A DNA stretch of 64,000 bases from Candidatus Altimarinota bacterium. Lineage in GTDB: Bacteria > Patescibacteriota > Gracilibacteria > CAIRYL01. The position numbers and the translations under genes are program-made. How positions within the stretch are numbered: position 1 is the stretch's first letter; every line of letters begins with the position of its first letter. This document shows positions 38,868-48,579 of this stretch, piece by piece. The stretch spans positions 1,280,001-1,344,000 of the forward strand of contig OZ252287.1 of the NCBI GenBank assembly GCA_965250085.1. Reading direction: 5' to 3'. The notes below the pieces were generated by a model, which saw nothing but the letters and a program-made list of their open reading frames with translations, did no database searches and had not been told where the DNA came from.

Positions 38868-40628
38868 TTACTCTTTTTTTACTTTTTGTAAAAAGCGTAT
38901 GACTTCTTCGAGGAAAAAAGGTCTTCCATCGTATTTTAAAAATCGTTCGTAAAATATACACCGCGTTTCTGCTTCCAGTATGTTTCCAAATTGCCCCATA
39001 TAGTTTCCTTCCAGAAGACAGACTTTTTTATTTTCTGCAAAAAACTTCTGAGCTGCTTTTTCCTGCACCGGCCAGAGGTAGTCATAATGCAAATAATTTA
39101 CTTTGATTCCCAATTCTGCACTTTCATCTATCGCGTCCAGCATTATACTTTTCGTACTTCCCCAGCCGATGACGGAGACATCAGCATCTTTTTTGACTCC
39201 GTATATCTTTGGCTCGGGAATTGCTTCTGTTTTCACTGTCTCGAGTTTTCGCATACGCTTTTCCATCATTGCTTTTGAGGGTCTAGCATCTTCGGTCAGG
39301 CTTCCGTCTTCGAGGTGTTCATCGCTATTGGCATAATAAAAGGCCTCACTTGCCCCCGGGAGCCATCTTTTGGAAACACCAGATTTAGTGATTTTATATC
39401 GATCGGTATTTTGTAGTCTTTTCAGTCGTTTTGCGTCAGTCACAATGCCGCGTTCGATAGGAATCTTCTTCTGTTCAAAAGGAGGAATGGTCGTTTTGGT
39501 TTCACAGATCACTTTTTCAGTCAGAACAAGCACGATCATCTGATATTTTTCGGCCATATTGAGCGCATGTTGAGTAAGTTCAAAGCAAGATTTTTGATCA
39601 CTGCATCCAATCACTACTCGTGGAAATTCTCCATGAGCACTGCCGATCGCAAGATTCAAATCTCCCTGACATGTCCAGGTGGGAAGTCCTGTGCCAGGTC
39701 CAGGGCGCTGGCAGATGACACAGACAAATGGACATTCGATGATTCCGGCAAGTGATACGGTCTCGGTCATCAGATCAAATCCGCCGCCGGATGTGGCACA
39801 CAGTGCACGCGTGCCCATATGCATGGATCCCACGACCATTTGGGCAACAGTGATCTCGTCTTCTCCTTGCTTGACTGCGATCCCTGTTTTATGAGCAGTA
39901 TTGGCAAAATAGGTAAGAATAGAACTGGAGGGACTCATGGGATACGCATAATATGCACGTACTCCTCCGTGAATACCTCCCAGTGCAATGGCATCATTTC
40001 CATTGATCACCATGGTTTCTTCTTTTTTCTTTTTCGGTTCGGGCATATCAAATTCTGGGATGTGATCGATTCCTTCAGCTTCGAATCCGGCTTTGAGACA
40101 TTTCAAATCTATTTCCAGCAACTTGGGCTTGGACGCAAAACGGATTTTTACTTCTTCTTCCAAAACATCATACGAAAGATTGAGCACCCTCCAGGCAAGT
40201 CCCAGAAGCACCATGTTTGCCATCAATGCATTCCCTCCGAGTGATTCTGCAATTTTTCTGGCGGGAAGATAGACCAGTTGTACATTTCGTGCCTTCGCTC
40301 GTTTTTCAATACTGGGAAAAATGAGCTTATGTCGCTCGTCTCCATGAATCAAAATGCCCCCTTCTTTGACGCGATCGATATAATCTTTGAGTCCTATTCT
40401 GTCCACCGCCAGAATGAGGTCTATAGTTTCCGAAAGAGCACGAATCGGCTTCACGTCAAAATCAATCTGATAGTTGCCATGACCTCCTTTGATGAGTGAT
40501 GGGTATTCCCGATCGGCATTGAAGTAATATCCTTTTCTCTTGAGTGCTTTCATGATGATTTCTCCCACACTTAGGAGTCCAGATCCACTTTGACCGGCAA
40601 CTTTTATTGAAGTTCTGTTCACTCGCAA
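38868..40628 (-). CDS. 2-oxoacid:ferredoxin oxidoreductase alpha subunit (gamma-alpha fusion)
   Basis: AGQSGSG, YPSLIKGGH, YAYPMSPSS, EDEI, ATSGGGF and QRPGPGTGLPT. Confidence 0.94.
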   Translation of the reverse strand: MRVNRTSIKVAGQSGSGLLSVGEIIMKALKRKGYYFNADREYPSLIKGGHGNYQIDFDVKPIRALSETIDLILAVDRIGLKDYIDRVKEGGILIHGDERHKLIFPSIEKRAKARNVQLVYLPARKIAESLGGNALMANMVLLGLAWRVLNLSYDVLEEEVKIRFASKPKLLEIDLKCLKAGFEAEGIDHIPEFDMPEPKKKKEETMVINGNDAIALGGIHGGVRAYYAYPMSPSSSILTYFANTAHKTGIAVKQGEDEITVAQMVVGSMHMGTRALCATSGGGFDLMTETVSLAGIIECPFVCVICQRPGPGTGLPTWTCQGDLNLAIGSAHGEFPRVVIGCSDQKSCFELTQHALNMAEKYQMIVLVLTEKVICETKTTIPPFEQKKIPIERGIVTDAKRLKRLQNTDRYKITKSGVSKRWLPGASEAFYYANSDEHLEDGSLTEDARPSKAMMEKRMRKLETVKTEAIPEPKIYGVKKDADVSVIGWGSTKSIMLDAIDESAELGIKVNYLHYDYLWPVQEKAAQKFFAENKKVCLLEGNYMGQFGNILEAETRCIFYERFLKYDGRPFFLEEVIRFLQKVKKE

Positions 40629-40684
40629 GTTAAAAGTAAAAAGTTATAAAGTTTGTAAAGTAGGTAGTCAGTAGTTAGCAAATT

Positions 40685-40716
40685 TCCCCATTTGAAAAAG
40701 GGGGTTAGGGGGATTT
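40685..40716. repeat. half copy of the palindromic repeat family
   Basis: TCCCCATTTGAAAAAGGGGGTTAGGGGGATTT. Confidence 0.7.
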
Positions 40717-41176
40717 ATTTTTTAGAATCTTTCAATATCTGGGAAAGTTCTTCCGCCCATTCCTGCACTTTGGTGTTCAGTTGAGAGAGAGGGGATTTGC
40801 TAATTTTCAGAGACGGACACACGCGTTCTCCGCCAGATGCCTTCACGATTTTTTCGAGTATTCGCGCGGATTCAATGTGATACTCCGCATCATATTTATT
40901 ATCTCCCAATCCGATGATTGCAAATCGTTTCCCGCTCAAATCCATTTTTTTGAGTTCCTTCGCAAACGGGATAAAATGATCCTGTATAAGCCCATGTCCA
41001 TATGTAGAGGCGCCTAAAATACACAGATCATTATTTTTTAAATCATCCAGAGAGCTGTTCTCCACTCTTTGGACTGTTACCGTGTGATTTTTAGACTTCA
41101 AAACTTCCGCTACTTTGGTCACTACCAATTCGGTATTTCCACCGGTAGAACCAAAGATGCAGAGAATAGAGCTCAT
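40715..41176 (-). CDS. flavodoxin
   Basis: FGSTGGNTE, GASTYGHG and FAIIGLGD. Confidence 0.92.
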   Translation of the reverse strand: MSSILCIFGSTGGNTELVVTKVAEVLKSKNHTVTVQRVENSSLDDLKNNDLCILGASTYGHGLIQDHFIPFAKELKKMDLSGKRFAIIGLGDNKYDAEYHIESARILEKIVKASGGERVCPSLKISKSPLSQLNTKVQEWAEELSQILKDSKK

Positions 41177-41364
41177 GAAGAAAAGGAAACTTTCGAGCGT
41201 ATTGTATCAAATAGCTCTCTGATGTCACGATGAGAATTTTGACAACGACAGAATAAGATTTTTAAAATATTCTTTTAAAAACAACAAGGTAAACTCGATA
41301 AAAAAGTATTGATTCTGGGCGCTAAAAGTTGTACAAATAATTTGTACCCTCTCTTCACACAACT

Positions 41365-41739
41365 ATGGCAACACCATTAGAAATACCAAACGTCGGTTAT
41401 ACGGAAGTTCCAGAACTACAATTAGTGGAAAAAGCAGAAGCGGATCCAGAGATGAGAGCACAGATACGGCAAACACTAAAATCGTCTTTGCATCCTGGCT
41501 TCGCAAGATCATTTCAAATATTGTCAGGACATCCGATAGGACCAGAAGACATGCAGAACTCATCACACTGCGCCCTGAATGTTCCAAAAGATGAGCTCGA
41601 AAGACAGAGACAACTACTCAACTCTCTTTTTCTCACGGTGTCTCAATATGGAGCCAAAGCTAAAGGACCATCCTGGGAAGAAATCCCAACAACAAATGGA
41701 CACAAAACCTATCATATACGTGTTCCTTTTGTGAGGTAG
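41365..41739 (+). CDS. hypothetical protein
   Basis: 124-aa ORF in an otherwise empty gap, preceded by AT-rich promoter-like DNA. Confidence 0.6.
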   Translation: MATPLEIPNVGYTEVPELQLVEKAEADPEMRAQIRQTLKSSLHPGFARSFQILSGHPIGPEDMQNSSHCALNVPKDELERQRQLLNSLFLTVSQYGAKAKGPSWEEIPTTNGHKTYHIRVPFVR

Positions 41740-41814
41740 ATATTCTTACTTTGATAAACCCACCGAACCTCCCTCCTGTCTGCCGCCAGGCATGGTTCCA
41801 AGGGAGGAAGCATA

Positions 41815-42411
41815 TTATTTCTTCCCAAATAGTTTTTTGACGAAGTATCCAAATCCCATTTTGGCAACATCATCTTTGTAGCTTCCATCACCATCTCTAT
41901 CGAGCAATTTTCCCAGGAATCCCATTTCTTTGCTACCAGATGATCCGGCAACAGCTCCTTGCAGTATACTGGCAAGACCTCCAGCGTTGAGGTTATTTTG
42001 TTTGCGCTGTTTCCCAAGCGCACCCATCACCATTGGAGCCAATGCCTCCATAAGTCCAGAAGCCTGCTTTTTGTCTGTACCACATTCTTGACTGACATAG
42101 TCTTCAACAGCGTCTCTTTTGTTGCCAAAAATATGTTTCAAAATCCCCTTCCCTTCTCCTGATGAAGAATTTTGCAGGAGGGCAGAAAGATTGTCCAAAG
42201 CGCTTCCGTCATGATCTTTTTCTAACGCTTGAAACAAAGAGTCACGACCTTTGTCATTGGATGCATTTTTTGCAAGTGCTCCCAACAGAAGCGGTAGTGC
42301 GCTCTTGGTGGCAGATGAAACTTTTTCTTTGCCCATCCCAAGAGAACTTCCCAACTGGTCCATTGCATTGCCTCCCATTTGTTGCATGAGCATGTTCATC
42401 AAGTCATTCAT
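41815..42411 (-). CDS. DUF937-family protein
   Basis: ALPLLLGAL, HDGS, GKGILKHIFG, LAPMVMGALGK and LLDRDGDG. Confidence 0.88.
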   Translation of the reverse strand: MNDLMNMLMQQMGGNAMDQLGSSLGMGKEKVSSATKSALPLLLGALAKNASNDKGRDSLFQALEKDHDGSALDNLSALLQNSSSGEGKGILKHIFGNKRDAVEDYVSQECGTDKKQASGLMEALAPMVMGALGKQRKQNNLNAGGLASILQGAVAGSSGSKEMGFLGKLLDRDGDGSYKDDVAKMGFGYFVKKLFGKK

Positions 42412-42507
42412 AGTTTTTTGTAAAAAAAAAGGAAACAAAGTGGAGTCATTGTACCCCGAAATTTTTGAGAAAGAAAGAAAGCCCTTCGCAAGTGAGTAAG
42501 TGAACAA

Positions 42508-42815
42508 TTAGCAATGGGCAATGGGCAATGGGCAATGAAGAAGTAAGAAGTAAGGTATCGTCATTCTGAGGCTTCAAGTGATGTGAAATGGAAGAAGAAA
42601 TTCATATAGTTGTGAAAGGTAACAGCCGAAGAATCTGAAGGAAAATTTTAAATTTTGAATGACTAATGGCCAGGAAAGTAGAGAAGGAAGTTTGAGGTAA
42701 GAGGTTGGAAATTGGGTATTGGATATTGAAAACTGGATATTCTCTTCCTTTTTCCCATAACTCGCCTATCCGCCGCCGTGCCTGCCGGCAGGCACGGTAG
42801 CCTTAGGCGAAGGTG
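42508..42815. repeat. intergenic mosaic of short tandem repeats and REP-like palindromes
   Basis: (GCAATGG)n, (AAGTAAG)n, GTCATTCTGAG...GAAGAATCT, (TTGGATA)-like units and CCGTGCCTGCCGGCAGGCACGG. Confidence 0.7.
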
Positions 42816-42883
42816 CAAAATAGATTTCTTGAACTCTTCTTCCTTTCTCGGGTACTATACGGATCGATTTTTTCAAAAGTTCT

Positions 42884-43717
42884 ATGGGAAATTTTACTAT
42901 TGATTTTACTGCAATTGGGAAAGACGTTGGAGGCGCTCTCTGGCAATATGGACCGAAGATTCTCTTGGCGCTTCTGGTGCTTATTTTAGGATTTAAAATG
43001 ATAAAAGTACTCGTCAATAGCATGGAAAAATCACTCAAAAAACATCATATAGAGATCTCTCTTCGAAAATTTTTAGAAAGTCTCATTGCCATTGCTCTGA
43101 AAATATTGGTATTGCTGACAGTGGCTTCTTTGCTGGGAGTAAAACTCACAGCGTTCGTTGCCCTCCTCGGAGCGGCAGGACTGGCGATTGCTCTTTCATT
43201 GAAGGAGAGTCTGGCGAACTTTGTAGGAGGAGTCCTGATCCTGGTATTTAAACCGTTTAAAGTAGGTGATGTCATTGAAGCCCAAGGGCATTATGGAGAG
43301 GTGGAAGCTATTAGAGTATTTAACACCATCCTCCAGACGCCTGATGACAAAACAATTTTTATTCCCAATGGAGATTTGGCAAATAATCCTATCTCGAACT
43401 ATACCAAGACTCCTCTCTATCGATTGGGCACCAAGATTGGAATCGGGTATTCAGATGATATTCAAAAAGCTCGTGAGATTTTGCTTTCTATTGCCACAAA
43501 ACACAAAGACGTCAAAAAAGATCCAGCTCCACAAGTAGTGGTCAAAGAACTGGGAGACAGTTCTGTAAATCTGGAACTCAGAACATGGTGTGAAAGCCCC
43601 ATCTACCTAGGTCTTGAATTTGATATTCTCGAACAGACCAAATTGGCATTTGATAAAGAGGGCGTTTCTATTCCGTTTCCACAGAGAGATGTGCATTTGT
43701 ATCCAGTGAACAAGTGA
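42884..43717 (+). CDS. mscS: small-conductance mechanosensitive channel
   Basis: GAAGLAIALSLKESLANFVGG, KPFKVGDVI, IPNG and IPFPQRDVHL. Confidence 0.95.
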   Translation: MGNFTIDFTAIGKDVGGALWQYGPKILLALLVLILGFKMIKVLVNSMEKSLKKHHIEISLRKFLESLIAIALKILVLLTVASLLGVKLTAFVALLGAAGLAIALSLKESLANFVGGVLILVFKPFKVGDVIEAQGHYGEVEAIRVFNTILQTPDDKTIFIPNGDLANNPISNYTKTPLYRLGTKIGIGYSDDIQKAREILLSIATKHKDVKKDPAPQVVVKELGDSSVNLELRTWCESPIYLGLEFDILEQTKLAFDKEGVSIPFPQRDVHLYPVNK

Positions 43718-43730
43718 GGACAGCGAATAA

Positions 43731-43753
43731 GTAGGGGCGTATTGCATACGCCC
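43731..43753 (+). repeat. GTAG-type REP palindrome
   Basis: GTAGGGGCGTATTGCATACGCCC. Confidence 0.7.
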
Positions 43754-43916
43754 ATGAGTGCACAGTTCCCAGTGCACAGAATTAAGCAATAAGCAGTAAG
43801 CCCTTCCCCCTTATAGGGAGAGCTTAGAAGGTATTCTTCAAAAATACTTTATGAAAAGTGCCCGATCCCGAGAAGACTTTTGAATATTCCAGACGCCCTA
43901 CTCCAAGCTCCCAACT

Positions 43917-44597
43917 CTAATCAACTTTATACTTCTTAAAATTGAGGCAAAAATCCTCTCCTTCTTTTTCGTAAATTTCATGAAGTTGCAGAATTTTTTT
44001 CATCACATGTTCATGATTTTTAGCGACGAGGACATTGTCCATATCGTGAGGGCTGACGTATCCCTGTTTTAAAGGATAGTTCTTAACCCACTGGATAAGC
44101 TCAGCCCACATGTCTCCATAGACAATGATAGGGATATTACAAATATGTTTTACCTGTGTCAGTTGCCAAGAATAGAAGAGCTCCAAACAGGTTCCAATTC
44201 CTCCCGGAGCCACCACAACTGCTTGTGAAAGAGCCATAAAGGTGTCGAGTCGGTTTGAGAATTTATCAAAATGCTTTTTAACATCCAGATGCTTGTTGCC
44301 TTCATTCTCAAATGGCAGGCGAATAGTAAGACCAATAGAATGTGATCCATTCCCATTTGTTTTTTGTCCGGCTTCATGTCCAGCATTGGCTGCTTCCATG
44401 ATACCGGGTCCACCACCGGTTACAATATCAAAGCCATGAAACCCTATCTCTTTGGCAAGAGCAAAAACATCCTGGTACGCCTGATCTTCCGGTTTGATAC
44501 GTGCAGAACCAAAAATGCTCACTCGAAAATGATTTTCGGCAAGCTCCTGATCTACATTTATTGTATCTTTGTTGTTTTGTGTATCGTCTGTACTCAT
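43917..44597 (-). CDS. LOG-family (TIGR00730) protein
   Basis: VSIFGSAR, TGGGPGIMEAAN and PGGIGTCLE. Confidence 0.92.
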   Translation of the reverse strand: MSTDDTQNNKDTINVDQELAENHFRVSIFGSARIKPEDQAYQDVFALAKEIGFHGFDIVTGGGPGIMEAANAGHEAGQKTNGNGSHSIGLTIRLPFENEGNKHLDVKKHFDKFSNRLDTFMALSQAVVVAPGGIGTCLELFYSWQLTQVKHICNIPIIVYGDMWAELIQWVKNYPLKQGYVSPHDMDNVLVAKNHEHVMKKILQLHEIYEKEGEDFCLNFKKYKVD

Positions 44598-44693
44598 ATT
44601 TGTATTTTGTAGAGGGAATAGGAAATGGGCAAGTGCGAGAATTGGAAAAAAAGGATATTTTTCACAAAATTGTACATCATTATGAGGAAAATA

Positions 44694-45524
44694 TCAATTT
44701 CTCTGTTGCTTAAAGTTGCTTACCACATCTTTCCAGTTTTGATTTGAGCAATTAGTAAAGCTTTCACCTGAGTCATTCCACAGAGCGTCAAAAAGAGAAC
44801 GCTCATGATTTGCAATGTTTTGATCCCTGAGTATGGTAACTTTGTTCTCACGGGAAGAATAAAAGCTCAAATTGTCATTCCACACCACCTTGTAGCCATG
44901 CATGATATTGGGATCATCGGGAATAAATTTGCAGAGGAGAGGAGCAGCTGTAGTTTCTTTTACATAGACATCTTCCACATACTTGCGTGCGTATGGAGTA
45001 TCGACAAAAAGAAATCGTGTGGGGAGTCCAATTTCTGCTTTTTTTGGAAAATATATATTTTTGAGATATTTGTTTATCTTTGGCACAAGTTCTTCAATCT
45101 TCACTATTTCAAGCATCTCTGTTTGAGCCGTTTCTAAAATCAAGTCACACCACGTTTCGATCCCCTTGTGTCCGTCAAGTATATTGACTCTATACTCGAG
45201 TGATTCGTGTCGGTGCATCCGCCTGAGCTCTGGAAGATATTCTTCAAACTTGAGCTCTTTTTTTCTCAATTCTCGCTGAGCTCGCTTCAAATTTTCACGC
45301 AAATGATCAGGGCTTCGAGCTGAAATAACACGTTTTACTCCTTTTATACCCTCAATGAGAAAGCCACTCTTCACAAGTTTTTCTGTTACCACGTGTATGA
45401 TACTTCTGTTTAATCGAGCTCTCTTTGCAGCCTGCAAAATAGATCCCTCTCCAAGCTCCAAAAATGCAAAATACACTTTTGCCTCGTTTTTCGTGAACCC
45501 AATTTTTTGAAGTATTTCAATCAT
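44694..45524 (-). CDS. TrmB-family transcriptional regulator
   Basis: LQKIGFTKNEAKVYFAFLELG wHTH, with a C-terminal effector domain (GHKGI...LFDALW). Confidence 0.87.
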   Translation of the reverse strand: MIEILQKIGFTKNEAKVYFAFLELGEGSILQAAKRARLNRSIIHVVTEKLVKSGFLIEGIKGVKRVISARSPDHLRENLKRAQRELRKKELKFEEYLPELRRMHRHESLEYRVNILDGHKGIETWCDLILETAQTEMLEIVKIEELVPKINKYLKNIYFPKKAEIGLPTRFLFVDTPYARKYVEDVYVKETTAAPLLCKFIPDDPNIMHGYKVVWNDNLSFYSSRENKVTILRDQNIANHERSLFDALWNDSGESFTNCSNQNWKDVVSNFKQQRN

Positions 45525-45596
45525 TGTTATAAATACTATAACGTTTTCTTATTTATAAATAAACAAATAACAAAAAATGTTGTTATAGATATAACA
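45525..45596. promoter_or_regulatory. two palindromic operator-like sites
   Basis: GTTATA-AATAC-TATAAC (45526-45542) and TGTTATA-GA-TATAACA (45581-45596) between the divergent genes. Confidence 0.5.
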
Positions 45597-45681
45597 CTTT
45601 TTAGAGCATGTATTTTGCTCCATAAAAAGCCGTATTCATGGAAATAAAAGTGATTTTTTTATAGAAATGTGACAAAAGATT

Positions 45682-47436
45682 ATGTTCCGAGAAAATAAAA
45701 ACACTTTTTACCTTCTTGTGAATATTTGCCTCAATTGCTCCAACAGTTTCTCAATTACTGATACAGATCGAGCATTTTATCAAAAAATAGATGTTTCTGA
45801 GCCGACACTTTGTCCAGACTGCCGTCAACAGAGAAGACTTGCCTGGAGAAATGAAAGACAAATGTATCGTCGCAGGTGTGATGCAACCGGAAAGGAAATT
45901 ATTTCCATGTATCCATCGGATTCTCCATTCAAGGTATACGAGCAAGATGTCTGGTGGTCAGACACATGGAATGCACTCGAGTACGGAAGAGAGTTTGATT
46001 TTTCCCGTCTATTTTTTGAGCAATTTCGAGAGTTGCAGTTGGAAGTCCCAAGATTAGCACTGGTGAACAAACAGAGCGAAAATGCCCACTATACCAATCA
46101 CGCGGCAAAGAATAAAAATTGCTATCTCTCTGGCTGTGTCTTTAACTCCGAAGATCTCTACTATTCAGACTGGGTAATGGGATGCCGCGACCTTGTGGAC
46201 TGCTCATACATGCTTGAAGGATCTGAACTGTGTTATGAGGTGTATTACGCTTGGAACAGCTATGAATGTGCGTTCTGTGATTTTATCAAGCAGTGTCAAA
46301 ACCTCTGGTTCTGCTATGACTGCGTGGGTTCAAGTGATTGTTTTCTCTGTTCGAATCTCAGGAATAAAAAATACTGCATTCGAAACAAGCAGTACACCAA
46401 AGAAGAATATGAAAAAGAGATGAAAAAAATACTGCCATTTTCATATTCCACTCTTCAGAAATATAGAAAAGAATATATTAAAATGAAAGATACCCAGGCA
46501 ATTCGCCCAGCTATGTATTACATGCAAGTAGAGAACTCGAGTGGAGATCTGCTGTTTTCTACCAAAAACTGTCATGCCTCATATGATTCCATCAATGGAG
46601 AAGACTCTAGGTATTGCTATGACGCTATAGACGTAAAAGACGTGATGGATGTCTATCATATAGGATGGGCAGAGCTCATGTATGAATGCCATGCCATTAG
46701 CAATGGATATAATTGCAGATTTTGCCATTTTACATATGATTGTTCTCATGCCACTTACTCAGATGGTGCTCAAAATTGTAAAAATATATTTGGATGTGTG
46801 GGGCTTCATAACGAGGAGTATTGTATTTTGAATAAAAAGTATTCTAAAAAGGAATATGAAGAATTGATGCCGAGAATAATTGAACATATGCGGAAAATCT
46901 CCCCTACCCCCTCTTTACAAAAGAGGGGAACTTCCCCCTTAGAAAAAGGGGGACTCAGGGGGATTTCTGAATACGGTGAATTCTTTCCAATACAATTTGC
47001 TCCATTTGCCTATAATCAGTCTAGGGCTCAGGAATACTATCCGCTCACAAAAAAAGAAGCAGAAGATCAGGGAATTCCATGGTCAGACTACACAGCGCCG
47101 TTGCTGGAAGCATCTAAAATCATTCCTGCTCAAAAACTTCCAGAATATACGGCGGATATTCCAGATGATGTTCTGGATTGGGGAATAGAATGCGAAGTGA
47201 CCGGAAAACCATTTAAGCTTGTACAACGAGAGCTTGAGTTTTACCGAAAAACAGGTCTTCCGATCCCCAGAAGGCATCCAGACCAGAGGTATTCAGATCG
47301 TATGGACCAAAGAAATCCTCGTAAAATTTTGGAATCACATTGCACGAAATGTAACAAAGAGATAGAGACCAGTTTTTCTCCTCAGCAGAAGGCAAAAGTG
47401 TATTGCGAGGCATGTTATCTTAATGCCGTATACTAA
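45682..47436 (+). CDS. Cys-rich hypothetical protein (CPR-type, Zn ribbons plus Cys-periodic repeats) with an in-frame repeat insertion
   Basis: CLNC...PTLCPDCRQQRRLAWRNER, WWSD.W, periodic Cys, LRNKKYCI, GEFFP and VYCEACY. Confidence 0.88.
   Translation: MFRENKNTFYLLVNICLNCSNSFSITDTDRAFYQKIDVSEPTLCPDCRQQRRLAWRNERQMYRRRCDATGKEIISMYPSDSPFKVYEQDVWWSDTWNALEYGREFDFSRLFFEQFRELQLEVPRLALVNKQSENAHYTNHAAKNKNCYLSGCVFNSEDLYYSDWVMGCRDLVDCSYMLEGSELCYEVYYAWNSYECAFCDFIKQCQNLWFCYDCVGSSDCFLCSNLRNKKYCIRNKQYTKEEYEKEMKKILPFSYSTLQKYRKEYIKMKDTQAIRPAMYYMQVENSSGDLLFSTKNCHASYDSINGEDSRYCYDAIDVKDVMDVYHIGWAELMYECHAISNGYNCRFCHFTYDCSHATYSDGAQNCKNIFGCVGLHNEEYCILNKKYSKKEYEELMPRIIEHMRKISPTPSLQKRGTSPLEKGGLRGISEYGEFFPIQFAPFAYNQSRAQEYYPLTKKEAEDQGIPWSDYTAPLLEASKIIPAQKLPEYTADIPDDVLDWGIECEVTGKPFKLVQRELEFYRKTGLPIPRRHPDQRYSDRMDQRNPRKILESHCTKCNKEIETSFSPQQKAKVYCEACYLNAVY
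46895..46966. repeat. 72-bp palindromic repeat inserted in frame
   Basis: AAATCTCCCCTACCCCCTCTTTACAAAAGAGGGG...CCCCCTTAGAAAAAGGGGGACTCAGGGGGATTT, encoding ISPTPSLQKRGTSPLEKGGLRGIS. Confidence 0.85.
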
Positions 47437-47447
47437 GTATTGCCGAA

Positions 47448-47470
47448 GCCCTGAGCTTTATCGAAGGGTG
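47448..47470. repeat. REP-like element
   Basis: GCCCTGAGCTTTATCGAAGGGTG. Similar to 23980 GCCCTGAGCTTTCCGAAGGGTG, and more loosely to about 15562 and 53401. Confidence 0.7.
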
Positions 47471-47495
47471 AATCGTGTTATCTCTCAGAGGTGTA

Positions 47496-48452
47496 CTAAT
47501 TTTCTGAAGCGATATATTTCTTATGAATTCTGACTCCAAAATATCCCACCGCCATCATGGCAAACCCAACGAGCACAAGGGCAAGGGGCCAGCCAAAACT
47601 AGAGGCAAAATATTCATCGGTAATGTAGAGCAGATACCCCATGAGAAAAAGCACTCCAAATGTGAGAAATGATTTGCTCTTGAGTTTTGTGCTGAGAAAG
47701 ATAGTTCCAAAGGTTAAACCGGGATAAAGTATTTCCCAAAAAGCAGAGTCATCTATAAAACTGAAACAAGCTCCCAGTATTCCCAAGATACCAAAACCGT
47801 ACAAAAATCCAGTCAAAGCCTTTCTTTCGGGATGGTCTGCAAAGTGATATCCGAGCAACACATAACTGATACCAGCGGCAAGGGTCTGGTACTCCCAGAT
47901 CTCTCTTATGTGAAAAGCTGAGTTCTCCAAGAGTAATCCTGTAAAGGCAAAAAAGAGCCATGTAGCGAATATGATTCCAAAAAAGAGAAAGGTGTTATTT
48001 TTGTACAGCATATAAGAACTCAAGAACGTGGCGGTTAATATTCCAGATATTGTGCTTTGTGTCTCTCGTGATCCAATGTCCATGCCCGCAATATCAAAAG
48101 CGACATGAAGCCCGAGGGGTAAGAGGAGTGCAGACATGAGGAAAAAAACATATGCCAAACGTTTTGATCTGCCCTCATGAAAAAAGAGAAGCCCAGAAGT
48201 ATAGGCGGCTATTCCAGAGCCAAGAGTAATCAGTATCTTGGTGAGATCGTTCAAAAGATCCCAGTTTTGAGCGACCAGTATGCAAATACCCAAAATCACA
48301 ATTCCTCCACCAATATAAGAGAGAATATCTGACATATGCAGATGCCTTCCTCCTTTTGCACCAGATCGATAGGCATCCAAGATTTCATTCTTTGTCAGAG
48401 ATTTGTCCTGTACTGCATTTTGAATTTGCTGGAGGAGTTCTTGTTTGTTCAT
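47496..48452 (-). CDS. DUF2157-like membrane protein
   Basis: ILSYIGGGIVILGICILVAQNWDLL...TK, followed by about 10 TM helices. Confidence 0.8.
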   Translation of the reverse strand: MNKQELLQQIQNAVQDKSLTKNEILDAYRSGAKGGRHLHMSDILSYIGGGIVILGICILVAQNWDLLNDLTKILITLGSGIAAYTSGLLFFHEGRSKRLAYVFFLMSALLLPLGLHVAFDIAGMDIGSRETQSTISGILTATFLSSYMLYKNNTFLFFGIIFATWLFFAFTGLLLENSAFHIREIWEYQTLAAGISYVLLGYHFADHPERKALTGFLYGFGILGILGACFSFIDDSAFWEILYPGLTFGTIFLSTKLKSKSFLTFGVLFLMGYLLYITDEYFASSFGWPLALVLVGFAMMAVGYFGVRIHKKYIASEN

Positions 48453-48579
48453 AGGAAGAGAAAAAATTTTTAATGTTCAATTTCTAATTTTCAAATAAAT
48501 CCCAATTTCTAATTTTAAAAAATTGGTATTTAGAAATTATTTATAAAATTCAAAAATTAAAAATTATAAAATTGGAAGT

